From positions 544,001-608,000 of the forward strand of contig CAWKHF010000005.1 in NCBI GenBank assembly GCA_963849325.1: 64,000 nt of DNA. The letters run 5' to 3'. The DNA comes from an uncultured Planctomycetota bacterium (GTDB taxonomy: Bacteria > Planctomycetota > Planctomycetia > Gemmatales > Gemmataceae). Of this stretch, positions 39,389 to 49,531 are shown piece after piece. The position numbers and the translations under genes were made by a program. The number at the start of each line of letters is the position of its first letter. Position 1 is the first letter of the stretch. The notes under the pieces were generated by a model. It was given only the letters and a program-made list of their open reading frames with translations. It had not been told where the DNA came from and made no database searches.

Positions 39389-41107
39389 TTACCCGAATCG
39401 GCGGCTGACCGACGTACACGGCCAGGTCGTGAAGGAAATCCTGGCCTGACCATCCGACAAGGAATGTCCCATAACTCCGGTTCGCCACGCCGGCGCCAGC
39501 AAGCACGCCTGGGCGATCCCCAGTCGAAGGGCGGCGCTCTCCCCGACGCGCTGATCGTACTCCTCGCGCTCGAAGCAGAAGGCGACGCGAGCCACGCGGA
39601 AACACAGCGGCTCCGCTTCGCCGACGAAAACGGCGGCGGCGCGGGAACGCACCTCGCCGGCGAGCGGCTCACAGCTGTCCAGCGGGATTTCCAGCGCGAT
39701 CTCCTGCCGGGTGATTCGGCCATACCACGGCTGCGACGAGAAGGCGCGGTCCTGCGGCACACAGTAGGCCAGAAACGCACGATAGCTGTCGAAACACTCG
39801 CTCCAGGGTGGGCCGGGCAGGGCGGCGCCGTTGGGACGGAGCGCTGCCTCCAGGTCGGGAGCGCTGCCGGTCCCTGGATCGAGCCGGACACGGCAGACGT
39901 GATCCGCGCCGACCGCAACGGCGGCGCGGTGGAGAGCGTGCATGGGCATGCCCTCGGAGAGCAGACGAGCGGCCAGCGCGTGCGGCGTGCTGCTGATGGC
40001 GTTGGTCACGAAATAGACGCCCGGCAGTCCGCTGTGCGGGTCGTGGACGTAGAGACGCCAGTTGGTATGCACCGGCGAGGGCAGCAAGCGGCGCAGTGGC
40101 CCCAGCCGGCGCGGGCCGAAATGGCCGTGCCGGTAGGTCAGGTGCGTGAACAGGGCGTAGCGGCCGGCGCGGCCGAGTCGTTGCAGCTCCAGCCCGGCCG
40201 GGACGAACGACTCCAGACGCTCCGCCTCCACGAGATAATTAACATAAATAACGTCGGTTATATCGCTAACGAAGGCGACGGGCGGCAGCCATTCGCAGTA
40301 GGCACGGAGCAGCCGGCTGTTGGCCAGAACGTCGAGGGCGCGGCCGACCGGGCCGCGTCCAGGGTGCCGCCACGGCGCCAACCGGCCGTGGGTCTCCTCC
40401 GGTCGAGCGCGGCGCAACACCTGCTCGGCGGCCACGGCCAGCCAGGCCAGCAGCAGCGTCAGGCCCACTCCGTTGGCGGCGCCGACCACGGCCGCGGGGG
40501 GCTGCCATTCCTCCGGCAGCAACAGCCCGGCGCTGCCGACGGCGAGCGCGCTCCAGGTCACGATCGACAGGAGCGTCAAGTTTCGGCCCCATGTCCCGGC
40601 GGCGGCGAAGCACCAACTCCAGCCCAGGGCCATGCACAGGTACAGCGTGCCGCCCCAGGCGACGACCGCCTCGTATGCCTGCTTCTCGAATTGCAGATAC
40701 GGCGTCAGGTCGCCATCGCGGTCGGCCCTGGCGGCGAGGTCCAGACCGCGCGTCACCCACAGAGCCTGGCCGCGCTGGTCGGGAAAAATCGCCAGCAGAG
40801 TACACACTAGTACGACCGCCGCCGGCAGACGCGGCACCCAGGACGTGCGCCACAGGGCCAGGCCGGTCAACAAGTCCACGAACGCCGTCACTTGCCAGGG
40901 CAGCCAGCCCAACCGCCATAGCCAGGGATGGGCCGCCAGGTAAGCGACGCGGGCGGCGTCGTCGGCGGAGGTGTCGCCGGGCAGGCCAGGCAGCAGCAAC
41001 AGCGCCGTGCCGGCCAGGGCGAGGACGTGAACGCCCAGGTTGATAAGTAAGACCTGCTCCAGAAACCGCGCCGCCAGACGCGGCTCGCTCTTGGTCGTGA
41101 CGTGCAT
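39389..41107 (-). CDS. Membrane domain + DUF2071 (YqjF-like) protein
   Basis: About 6 TM helices, then VIYVNYLV....LE.FVPAGLEL...TNWRLYV....G..GVYF. Confidence 0.7.
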   Translation of the reverse strand: MHVTTKSEPRLAARFLEQVLLINLGVHVLALAGTALLLLPGLPGDTSADDAARVAYLAAHPWLWRLGWLPWQVTAFVDLLTGLALWRTSWVPRLPAAVVLVCTLLAIFPDQRGQALWVTRGLDLAARADRDGDLTPYLQFEKQAYEAVVAWGGTLYLCMALGWSWCFAAAGTWGRNLTLLSIVTWSALAVGSAGLLLPEEWQPPAAVVGAANGVGLTLLLAWLAVAAEQVLRRARPEETHGRLAPWRHPGRGPVGRALDVLANSRLLRAYCEWLPPVAFVSDITDVIYVNYLVEAERLESFVPAGLELQRLGRAGRYALFTHLTYRHGHFGPRRLGPLRRLLPSPVHTNWRLYVHDPHSGLPGVYFVTNAISSTPHALAARLLSEGMPMHALHRAAVAVGADHVCRVRLDPGTGSAPDLEAALRPNGAALPGPPWSECFDSYRAFLAYCVPQDRAFSSQPWYGRITRQEIALEIPLDSCEPLAGEVRSRAAAVFVGEAEPLCFRVARVAFCFEREEYDQRVGESAALRLGIAQACLLAPAWRTGVMGHSLSDGQARISFTTWPCTSVSRRFG

Positions 41108-41196
41108 GCCCAGCTCCGCCGCTCGCCAACCACCGAAGGCCGCTGGCGCCCTCTTGTGGTCTGGGCGTCATGGTAGCGGCCCACCGGCCGTCGCGC

Positions 41197-41433
41197 CTAC
41201 GAGAATTTGGTAGTGGACGATTCGTGTGTTGACGCGGGCGGGTTCTTGGATCGGAACCGCCAACTTCGCACCTGCACGACGATCAGGCTAGCGACGAGGC
41301 CGGAGACCCCGATCCAATTTCTGGCATCCGAACTGGGTTGAAAGATTCCGTCAACAAGGCTTAGCGCGAGGTAGTGTCCGAACAGCACCCCAGTCAGAAT
41401 GCCGAGCCACCAGTCAGGGGTATTCCACTTCAT
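41197..41433 (-). CDS. Small two-TM hypothetical membrane protein
   Basis: GGGAG RBS; two hydrophobic helices; lower GC. Confidence 0.5.
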   Translation of the reverse strand: MKWNTPDWWLGILTGVLFGHYLALSLVDGIFQPSSDARNWIGVSGLVASLIVVQVRSWRFRSKNPPASTHESSTTKFS

Positions 41434-41629
41434 CGCGCTTATCTCCCTTATGCGTGACCGCTCTTGCAATTCTAGCTCACTCATCCTATGCGGCACCAAC
41501 TCACGAATAGTCCACTACCGAGAATTTGCAAGGAAGGGATACCGCTCAGGGAGTCCTTCTGGGATTAGCGGGAAATCGCTACCATGAGAGAGTCAGGGCG
41601 CCGGCGTGCGCCGCCAGGGGGAGGCTCCC

Positions 41630-42786
41630 ATGTGTCGGACGTGTTCAGGGTGGGGATGGTTGGTTCTCGTCCTCGCGGCGACCGGCTGCTCGTCGAAGAC
41701 GGCGCCCGAGCCGGTGTGGATCGGTCAGCTGCTGCCGCTGGATGGGCCGAACCGCACGGCCGGCCGACACGCTCGCCAGGGGGCTGAGCTGGCGGTCGCC
41801 GACGCGGGCAGCGCCGAGCAGACGGTCGCCGGACGTCTCTGCGCCGTGCTGCACATCGATAGCCGCGGCGATCCTGCCGTGGTCCAGGCGGAGACCGTTC
41901 GCCTTCTGACGGTCAACAAGGCCGCCGCCCTCCTCGCCGATTTCGACCCCGTGCTGACGGAACGCCTGCTGCGTGCCAATCATCCTTATGGCGTGCCGGT
42001 GGTCGTCGCCGGAGAGATGGCCGCCGCGGCCGAGGGCGACGCTGTCCTCTCCCTGGGTGTGCCGCCCGCCGTGCGCGGCCGGCTTCTGGCCCAGTACGCC
42101 TCCACCGAGCTGCGGTTGTCCCGCGCCGCCGTCCTGACCGACAGCCGCCGTCCGGCGGCCGCCGCCCTGGCCGCCGCCTTCGTCCAGGACTGGCCGCGCT
42201 GCGCGGCGGCAGCATCGAGGAATGGACCTTCGCCACCACCGCCGAACGCGACGACCGCGCCGGCCGTGTCATCCAGGCCGCGCCGGCCGTCATCGTGCTG
42301 GCCTGTTCGCCGGCGGATTTCCAGGCCCTCGGTCCCCGGTTGTCCGCCGCCCTGCCGAAGACGCCCTTGCTTTACGGCGGCGAGGACGCCGGTGCCTCGG
42401 CCTTGCAAGCCGAGCTGGAAGCGCGGCCCGACATCTACCTGGCCACCGCCTACAGCGCCGAACATCTCACCGAGTCCGGCCGCTCCTTCGCGCACCGCTA
42501 CGAAGAGCGCTTCCACGAGGCGCCCGACTTGCACGCCACGCATTCCTACGACGCGGTACGCCTCCTCTGCGAGGTGATGCATCGGGCCGGTGCCGCGAAC
42601 AAGGACGCAGTGGTGAAGGAAGTTTCGCGCCTGGAACAGTTCGACGCCGCCACGGGTCCGATTCGCTGGAAAGACCATCAGCCCCTTCGCCGGGTGTTCC
42701 TCGTCGCGCTGAAGAACAATCAGGCGAAGGTCGTTCGCATCGTGGAGCCGGAGGACAACGGAGCACGGCCCGCCACGTCTCGGTAA
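41630..42786 (+). CDS. Periplasmic-binding-protein type 1 (LivJ/K-like) lipoprotein (frameshift ~42200)
   Basis: Lipobox-like AATGC; IGQLLPLDGP; SYDAVRLL and FDAATGPIRW motifs. Confidence 0.82.
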
Positions 42787-42796
42787 GAAGGATTTC

Positions 42797-42861
42797 CCCA
42801 CCAGCCCGGAGCGCCAGCGACGGGTTGCGCGAACCCGTCGCTGGCGCTCCGGGCTGGTGGG
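42797..42861. repeat. REP-like palindrome, family B
   Basis: CCCACCAGCCCGGAGCGCCAGCGACGGGTT...AACCCGTCGCTGGCGCTCCGGGCTGGTGGG. Confidence 0.9.
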
Positions 42862-42952
42862 AAGCGGAGTTTTCCTGGACTTCGCCGCGCCAACCGTTAT
42901 GCTGGCCCCCATGTCCTTGCGAACGTGGCGCCCAAGAAAGGCGGCGAGCGGC

Positions 42953-44295
42953 ATGGGTGGGGCAGACGGACAACGAATCAGTCGAGGTCAGTGGTTGGCC
43001 CTGGCGGCGGCGCTGCTGGGCTGGATGTTCGACGGCTTCGAGCAAGGCATTTTCGGCCTGGTCAGCCGGCCGGCACTGGTGGAGTTACTGCACCTGCGCG
43101 AGGACGCCCGCCTGGCCGCGGACCCCTCCGCGTCCGAAGCGGTTCGCAAGGAGGCGCGCCAGCGAGTGGACCGGCCGGTCGGCGCCTGGAATAGCGGCAT
43201 CACCGCGGGTTTTCTGGTCGGCGCCGCCCTGGGCGGCTGGTTGTTCGGCTGGCTCGGCGACCGCCTGGGCCGCGTCCGCGCCATGGTCTTCAGCGTGCTC
43301 ACCTACGCCCTGTTCACCGGCATGGCCGGGGCGGCCCTCGGCCCGTGGCAGATGGCCGGATTGCGTTTTCTGGCCGCGCTGGGCATGGGGGGCGAATGGG
43401 CGCTGGGCGTCGCCCTGGTCATGGAGAGCTGGCCGCAGTCGATGCGCCCGCTGCTCGCCGGTCTGATCGGCGCCGCCGCCAACGTCGGTTTCCTGCTGAC
43501 GGTCCCGCTCGTCCAGATTGTCGAGTCCGTGGGGATGCCCGTGGCTGCGGGCGGCTGGCGCTGGGCGCTGGGCACCTGTGCCTTCCCCGCCTTGCTCACC
43601 TTCTTCTTACGGGTGTTCGTGCCGGAATCGGAGAAGTGGCTGCACGCCGTCCAGACCGGGCCGCGCCCGCGCATGACGGACATTTTCACGCCGGCGCTGC
43701 AACGTCGCAGCATTCTCGCCGCCACCCTCAGCGGCATTCCTCTGCTCGTCACCTGGGGGGCCGTCGCCTCGATGATACCCGTCTGGGTCAAGTCGATGAG
43801 CAACGAGCAAGCCTGGGTCAACTACGCCCAGGCCAGTTCCGCCGTCGGCGCCATTCTCGGCGCCTGAGCGGAGCGCTGCTGGCGCATTACCTCGGCCGCC
43901 GCCGCACGTATTTCGTCCTCACCGTCGGTTCTCTCCTGATGTGTACTTATCTCTTCCGCTTCTACTTCCCGGTCGGCAGTGAACCGAAACCGGATGCGGG
44001 TTTGCTGTGGGTGATCGGCCTGACCGGCTTTTTCACCGCCTCCTTCTATGGTTGGCTGCCGCTGTATCTGCCGGAACTGTTTCCGACGCGCGTCCGTGCC
44101 ACCGGCCAGGGTTTCGGCTACAACTTCGGCCGCATCATCGCCGCGGCTGGCGCGCTCTTCATGAGCCACCTCCTCCATAATGTTTTCCGAGGCGATTACG
44201 CGCAGGCCGGCGCCGCCATCAGTCTCATTTACCTCGCCGGGTTTCTCGTCATTTGGTTGGCGCCCGAGACACGCGGACAACCGCTGCCGGAGTGA
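42953..44295 (+). CDS. MFS transporter (frameshift ~43863)
   Basis: GWMFDG.E, GWLGDRLGR, GMGGEW and PELFPTRVRATGQG motifs. Confidence 0.92.
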
Positions 44296-44297
44296 GA

Positions 44298-44834
44298 TCA
44301 TCGGAAGGCGCCCGAGGCACCCAAAATCACGAAGAGGAGGATACCGCCCCAGTTGCCCAGCAACGTCAAGCCTCCCATGACGATACCGGCGATGGCGTGG
44401 CCGGTGCCTTTCGCGGTCGGATACGACTTAACGTAGCGCAGACCGAGAATACCCAGGATGAGGGCGGTCGGCCCGAGCAGCAGCCCCGCGCAGGGGATCA
44501 AGCTGAAAACGCCGCAGTAATAGGCGGCCAGGGCCAGGCCGTTCTTATAGGGAATGATGGTCGAGACCGCCTCCTCCGCCGGGTTTCGGCGGATGTCCCG
44601 AGCGCCGCGCCGCGGCCGAATCGGCTCGTCGTCCTCGTCGTCCAGCGCGGGGAGTAGGGTCGGCGTGATGTCCTCCGCTTCCACCGTGGAAGGCTCGGCG
44701 GTGATCGCCGCTTCCGAGGGCGCGGCTGCCGGAAATACCGCCGCGCACTTGGGACATTTGATTTTTTTCCCCGCGAGATTGTCCGCAACCTTCAGTTGTC
44801 CGCCGCATCCGGGACAGGTGAGAAATAAAGACAT
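44298..44834 (-). CDS. Zinc-ribbon + DUF4190-like membrane protein
   Basis: CPGC...KKIKCPKC; ALAAYYCGVFSLIPC; HAIAGIVMG. Confidence 0.82.
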   Translation of the reverse strand: MSLFLTCPGCGGQLKVADNLAGKKIKCPKCAAVFPAAAPSEAAITAEPSTVEAEDITPTLLPALDDEDDEPIRPRRGARDIRRNPAEEAVSTIIPYKNGLALAAYYCGVFSLIPCAGLLLGPTALILGILGLRYVKSYPTAKGTGHAIAGIVMGGLTLLGNWGGILLFVILGASGAFR

Positions 44835-44905
44835 GGGGCATCGCACTCCAGGAGAAGAGGATCGAGCGCCGAGACCATTAGAGCCACTGACCAAATGCAC
44901 TTGGA

Positions 44906-44988
44906 ACCACGGATAACACGGATAAAACGGATAAAGAAAACCAGAATACTTCTTCTGTCTTATCCGTGTTATCCGTGTTATCCGTGGT
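44906..44988. repeat. Inverted repeat with 9-mer tandem arms, family D (CACGGATAA x3)
   Basis: ACCACGGATAACACGGATAAAACGGATAA ... TTATCCGTGTTATCCGTGTTATCCGTGGT. Confidence 0.9.
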
Positions 44989-45013
44989 CAAAATTGCATT
45001 TGGTTCGTGAGTC

Positions 45014-46372
45014 TTAACTCGGCACCGCGCCGAGGCCCAGCCCGGTGAGACAACCTGTTTCCATGATGCCGTCCGTGATGCGGAAAATGCCGGGGAAGCG
45101 TTCTTCCCAGGGTCGATTGGCGGCGGGTACGTACTGCCGCGCGTTGGACTCGATCGCCGACACGCCCGGCACGTGCGCCGCCAATCCGGCCGAGTGGATG
45201 AGCGACGCGCCCGGACAGGTCAGATCCTGCACGCACAGGAACATGCCGTATTTGCGGGCCGCCGCCGCCATCAGCAGCGATTGACTCTGGCCCTTGCACG
45301 CCTTCAGCGCCGCTCCGGTATAGCCCATCTCGCGCGCCAGCCGCAGGCTCTCCAGGTCCAGCAGCGATTCGTCGATGACCACCGGACGCAGCTCCGCCGC
45401 CTCGTGCATGACGTTGCCGCGATTCGCCTGGAGGTCGCGCGCCGTCGGCTGCTCGATGTAGGCGATGCGCTCGAAACCGTCGGCCGTCTGTTCGCGCAGC
45501 CGGCGCAGGAACTCCAGCAGGTAGCCGACGTTGCCGCAGCGCTCGTTGAAATCGAGCGAGTAGCACCAGCGCGTGACACCTCGTTGTCGTTGCGTCTCGG
45601 TCGTCACGCGATCGACGCCGACGACGCGGCCGACGTCCCAGGCCAGGTCGTCGCCGTTGAGCTTGATCTTGAGGTGCGTCAGGCCGTCCGAGTGAATCCA
45701 CTCCGGCAGCGTCTCCGGCAGGCCGTCGCCGACCGGCCGCGTCACGTCCGCCACCGTCAGCGGGTCGAGGGCGCCGATGAGATGATACAGCGGCAAGCGC
45801 GGCTGCGGCTCGCGGCTGATGTATCGATCCAGCGTTTCGCCCTGAAACTCGTCGCCGAGGTAGTGGCCGAGGTCGCGGCTGAGGAAATCGGGTCCGTAGG
45901 TGTGATAGCAGTTGAGGCCGTGGGCCTTGCCGTAGGCGTCGTGGACGGCGGCGTCGAAGGCGCTGGCGACGACCATCGTACACAAACGCGGGATCGGTTC
46001 GGCCAACCGCAGCTCTCGTGACAGCTCCGCCGCGGCGCGCTCGTACTCCGGCTCCAGCGTGCAGCCGAGGTCGATCGGATGCCCCGTCTCCGTGCAGGAG
46101 CCGGCGAGGCGAGCGATGCGCTCGGCCAGGGTCTTCATGGCCCCGAGTGTCGTCTCATAGTCGAGGACGCGCGAGGGGAAGGACCACACGTTGCCCAGCG
46201 GCATCGAGCCGAAGCCGCGCGCGGTTTTCCCGCTCCCCGTATGCACTCGGCACTCGACGTTGAGCAGGGTGACGCGATCGACGGCGATGCCGCCGAACTT
46301 GATCGGCGTGCGGTAGAGGAAGTCCTCGAACTGATGGGTGATTTCGTCGATGCGGATGTCGGTGGCTCTCAC
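45014..46372 (-). CDS. Enolase-superfamily (mandelate racemase-like) protein
   Basis: HLKIKL, LDFNE, YIEQP and VIDES motifs; GTG start overlapping the upstream stop. Confidence 0.85.
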   Translation of the reverse strand: MRATDIRIDEITHQFEDFLYRTPIKFGGIAVDRVTLLNVECRVHTGSGKTARGFGSMPLGNVWSFPSRVLDYETTLGAMKTLAERIARLAGSCTETGHPIDLGCTLEPEYERAAAELSRELRLAEPIPRLCTMVVASAFDAAVHDAYGKAHGLNCYHTYGPDFLSRDLGHYLGDEFQGETLDRYISREPQPRLPLYHLIGALDPLTVADVTRPVGDGLPETLPEWIHSDGLTHLKIKLNGDDLAWDVGRVVGVDRVTTETQRQRGVTRWCYSLDFNERCGNVGYLLEFLRRLREQTADGFERIAYIEQPTARDLQANRGNVMHEAAELRPVVIDESLLDLESLRLAREMGYTGAALKACKGQSQSLLMAAAARKYGMFLCVQDLTCPGASLIHSAGLAAHVPGVSAIESNARQYVPAANRPWEERFPGIFRITDGIMETGCLTGLGLGAVPS

Positions 46373-47529
46373 GTGTGTGCTCCGTTGCGGGCGGCCTGAA
46401 CGAGCGCATCGGCGGCGCGGTCCACTTGCTCCTCGGTGGTGAATCGTCCGACGGTCAAGCGCAGCGCCCCTCGGCCGATCTCCGGCGGCACACCCATCGC
46501 ACACAGCACCGGCGATTGCGTGACCTTGCCTTCGTGACACGCCGAACCCGTCGAGGCGGCGATCTCCGGCACTTTCTCCAGCAGTTCCGAACCGACGTGG
46601 CCGACGAAGCTGGCGTTGAGCGTGTTCGGCAGCCGTTTGTCCGGATGGCCATTGAGCACGACACGCTCGCCGAGTCCGACCTGCAAACGCTGCCACAGGC
46701 GTTCGCGCAGCTCGCGCAAGTGGTGCGTCGCTTCCGGTAGTCCCTGGCGAGCGAGGACGCAGGCCGTGCCCAGCGCCACCAGGTACGGCACGTTCTCCGT
46801 ACCGGCCCGCCGTCCGCCCTCGTGGCCGGCGCCGTGCAGGTGCGGCTCCAGTGTCACGCCGCGACGGACGTACAGGACGCCCACGCCTTTCGGGGCGTAC
46901 AGCTTGTGCCCGGCCAGCGTCAGCAGATCGACGCCCAGATCGTTGACATCGACCGGCACCTTACCCAGCGATTGGGCGGCGTCGGTGTGCAGCAGCACGC
47001 CGCGCAGGCGCGTCAGGGCGGCGATCTCCCGGATCGGCTGCAAGGTGCCGACCTCGTTGTTGGAGTGCATGATGCTGACGAGAGTGGCGCCGCCATCCAT
47101 CGCCTGGCGCACCGCCTCGGGATCGACCATTCCCCGGCCATCGACCGGCATGACGGTGACGCGGCAGCCGAGGCGGCGAAGAAACTCGCATGGCTGCGTC
47201 GTGGCGGGGTGCTCGACGGCGCTGATAATGACGTGAGCGTCGCGGACCCAGCCGCCGGAGGAGCCGCGCAGCTTGCTGAACACCGCGCCCTTGAGGGCGT
47301 GATTACTGGCCTCGGTGCCGCCGCCGGTGAAGACGATCTCGTCCGGCTGCGCTCCGATCAGCTCGGCCACCTGTTTCCGGGCCTGCTCGACGGCATGGTG
47401 CGCTGTCTTCCCCAGGAGGTGGCTACTCGATGGGTTGCCGAAATGCTCGCGGAGAAAGGGCAGCATGGACTCGATCACCGCGGGATCGAGGGGCGTTGTG
47501 GCGTTGTAGTCGAGATAAATGGGAGCCAT
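46369..47529 (-). CDS. Cysteine desulfurase (NifS/IscS family)
   Basis: [33 protein letters not shown] and STGSACH motifs. Confidence 0.95.
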   Translation of the reverse strand: MAPIYLDYNATTPLDPAVIESMLPFLREHFGNPSSSHLLGKTAHHAVEQARKQVAELIGAQPDEIVFTGGGTEASNHALKGAVFSKLRGSSGGWVRDAHVIISAVEHPATTQPCEFLRRLGCRVTVMPVDGRGMVDPEAVRQAMDGGATLVSIMHSNNEVGTLQPIREIAALTRLRGVLLHTDAAQSLGKVPVDVNDLGVDLLTLAGHKLYAPKGVGVLYVRRGVTLEPHLHGAGHEGGRRAGTENVPYLVALGTACVLARQGLPEATHHLRELRERLWQRLQVGLGERVVLNGHPDKRLPNTLNASFVGHVGSELLEKVPEIAASTGSACHEGKVTQSPVLCAMGVPPEIGRGALRLTVGRFTTEEQVDRAADALVQAARNGAHT

Positions 47530-47538
47530 CTGCGTATT

Positions 47539-48411
47539 CTACGAGGAAACCCTCTCCATCCAATCCACGAGTTCCCCCATCTGCCGCCGCATCTCCCCGA
47601 CCGGCCGCTGCACGCGCTGGCCGTGACCGGGCAGGACCCACTCGAACGACAGGCCGGCGAGCCGGTGCATCGATTCTGTCTGTCGCGGCCACGAGTACCA
47701 GCAATAATCGGGGTACGCTTCCAGGCGCCGACCGTGGCGGTCCCAGGCCAGGTGGTCGCCGGTGAACAGGAAGCGCTGCCGAAAGAGCAGAACACAGTGG
47801 CCTTCCGTGTGGCCCGGCGTCGGCACGGCCAGAAAATCCGGGGCCAGCCAAATCGGCTCCTCGCCGTCGAGAACGACCTCGGCGTCTGGCTGCGCCGCCA
47901 ACTCGGCCCGGTGAATGTACCGCTGGCCGCCGAACTGCTTGGCATAAAGCTGGGCGTCGGCCACGTCGTCGCGGTGGGTCAGGAAGATGTGAGCGATGCC
48001 GCCCAGCGCCTCGAAGCGGCGGACGAGACGAGGTAGGAACTTCGGCGAATCGATCAGCCAGTTGCCGTCGGGATGGCGGACGAAGTAGCTGTTGCCGCCG
48101 TAAGACTTCGGCGAGTTGAAGCCGCAGTAAGAGACTGGCTCCTCGATCATCAGCGGAAAGTCGTCGAGGACCGTTTGCGGCCTGTCCGCGCCGGTAGAAC
48201 CGATGGAGCCGGTGGGACAGCAGACGAGGGCGTGCAGGGCGCGGCGGCGGTCGTCGGGCGTCGCCGGTTGGTGCTGGACGAAGGCATGATCGGCGGCCTC
48301 TCCGAACACGGCGGGAGCGAGCTGCCGGCAGGTGTCGCAGTCGATGCAGGTTCGGTCCACGAAGAAATCGCCCGGCGCGTCCTCCGGTACTCGTTTCGTG
48401 AGGTTCGCCAT
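47539..48411 (-). CDS. Ferredoxin + MBL-fold metallo-hydrolase fusion
   Basis: CIDCDTC...CPTGSI; THRDDVAD, PGHTEGH, FTGDH and PGHG motifs. Confidence 0.9.
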   Translation of the reverse strand: MANLTKRVPEDAPGDFFVDRTCIDCDTCRQLAPAVFGEAADHAFVQHQPATPDDRRRALHALVCCPTGSIGSTGADRPQTVLDDFPLMIEEPVSYCGFNSPKSYGGNSYFVRHPDGNWLIDSPKFLPRLVRRFEALGGIAHIFLTHRDDVADAQLYAKQFGGQRYIHRAELAAQPDAEVVLDGEEPIWLAPDFLAVPTPGHTEGHCVLLFRQRFLFTGDHLAWDRHGRRLEAYPDYCWYSWPRQTESMHRLAGLSFEWVLPGHGQRVQRPVGEMRRQMGELVDWMERVSS

Positions 48412-48444
48412 GCTGCTTGCCCCTCCTCGCAGTGCGTGCGGCGG

Positions 48445-48717
48445 TCACTCGCCTCGTGTGGAGGCTTCGTACTCCTCGCGCAGCCGCTGGAGTCCTTCGG
48501 TGTTTCGGCGTTTCTGTACGGAAACGTCGCCGTAGTTCTTTTTTAGGCTTCCGGCCTTGCCCAGGCTCACTCGTCTAGTCGTCAGCAGGAACTCGCCGCC
48601 GTACTTGGCGATCTGCCGGGCGTGTTCAATGCACAGGCGCGTGTCGGTCAACAGCTCGGCTCGCTCCGCATCGATCGGTTGGCCGCAAATCTCGCACGGA
48701 CGGGTTTTCTCCGCCAT
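48445..48717 (-). CDS. TraR/DksA-type zinc finger protein (CxxC...CxxH)
   Basis: CEICGQPIDAERAELLTDTRLCIEH; GAGGAG RBS. Confidence 0.75.
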   Translation of the reverse strand: MAEKTRPCEICGQPIDAERAELLTDTRLCIEHARQIAKYGGEFLLTTRRVSLGKAGSLKKNYGDVSVQKRRNTEGLQRLREEYEASTRGE

Positions 48718-48831
48718 CGGCTCTCCTCCTCGGTCTGGAGTTTGGTCGCCTCTCTATTGAATAATACGGCGGACGGACGCCGATGTTTCAGCCTGGCGAA
48801 GAGGCATCCCAGCCGGCGGCCCAGGCGTCGG

Positions 48832-49359
48832 CTATTTCGTGAAGTCAAAATCTCCGGCGGAGGGAGCGGGCAGGTCGGTCCAGGCGGCGCTGTGCCGAGT
48901 GAGACAGGAAGGTAAACTCTCGATGAAGGCTGCGGGATCGCGGGCGAAGAGGGCCGTCCCTTCGATTTCCCAGCCGGGGTATTCTTTGCCGTTGGCGTCG
49001 GTGACTTTCTGGTCGAGCGAAATCGTTCGCACCAGGTACGGTTCAGCGGGTGCGAACTCCCAGCCGCCTCCCGAGCTGACCAGTTCCTTGAGGTAGGCAC
49101 GCAAGGGGCCGGCGTCGTCTCGGTCGATGAGGCTGGGGTGCTGCCATTCCAGCTCGTTGGAGCCGACCATGCGCGCGATTTTCGTCTTCCTCCCCGGCAA
49201 GGGACTCAGCCCCCACTGGGAGTAGCGTCCCTCCAACCCGATCAGGTGCGGGCACGGTTGGGGCGGGTTGGCATCGGGATTGAAGACGACATCCAGGCTA
49301 TCGGTCAGGGCGATCTCGCCGTTTTGGCAGTAGGGACACTGGGCTAGTTGCCTTCTCAT
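48832..49359 (-). CDS. Hypothetical protein with CPYC...CPH putative Zn ligands
   Basis: 175-aa ORF with GAGGGAG RBS. Confidence 0.6.
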   Translation of the reverse strand: MRRQLAQCPYCQNGEIALTDSLDVVFNPDANPPQPCPHLIGLEGRYSQWGLSPLPGRKTKIARMVGSNELEWQHPSLIDRDDAGPLRAYLKELVSSGGGWEFAPAEPYLVRTISLDQKVTDANGKEYPGWEIEGTALFARDPAAFIESLPSCLTRHSAAWTDLPAPSAGDFDFTK

Positions 49360-49531
49360 GGCTCCCTCGTGTTGGGACGACGGTGGCGGAGGACTTACGA
49401 ATCCATCCCAGTGTATCTCGCCGTCCGGGCTATGCCTCGCAAAATCCGGGACGGCCATTGACCCTCGGACGAGACTCTGGCATCATTTCGCCGGGTGGGA
49501 AGGATGGCTGCACTCGGTCGAGGTCCCGATC

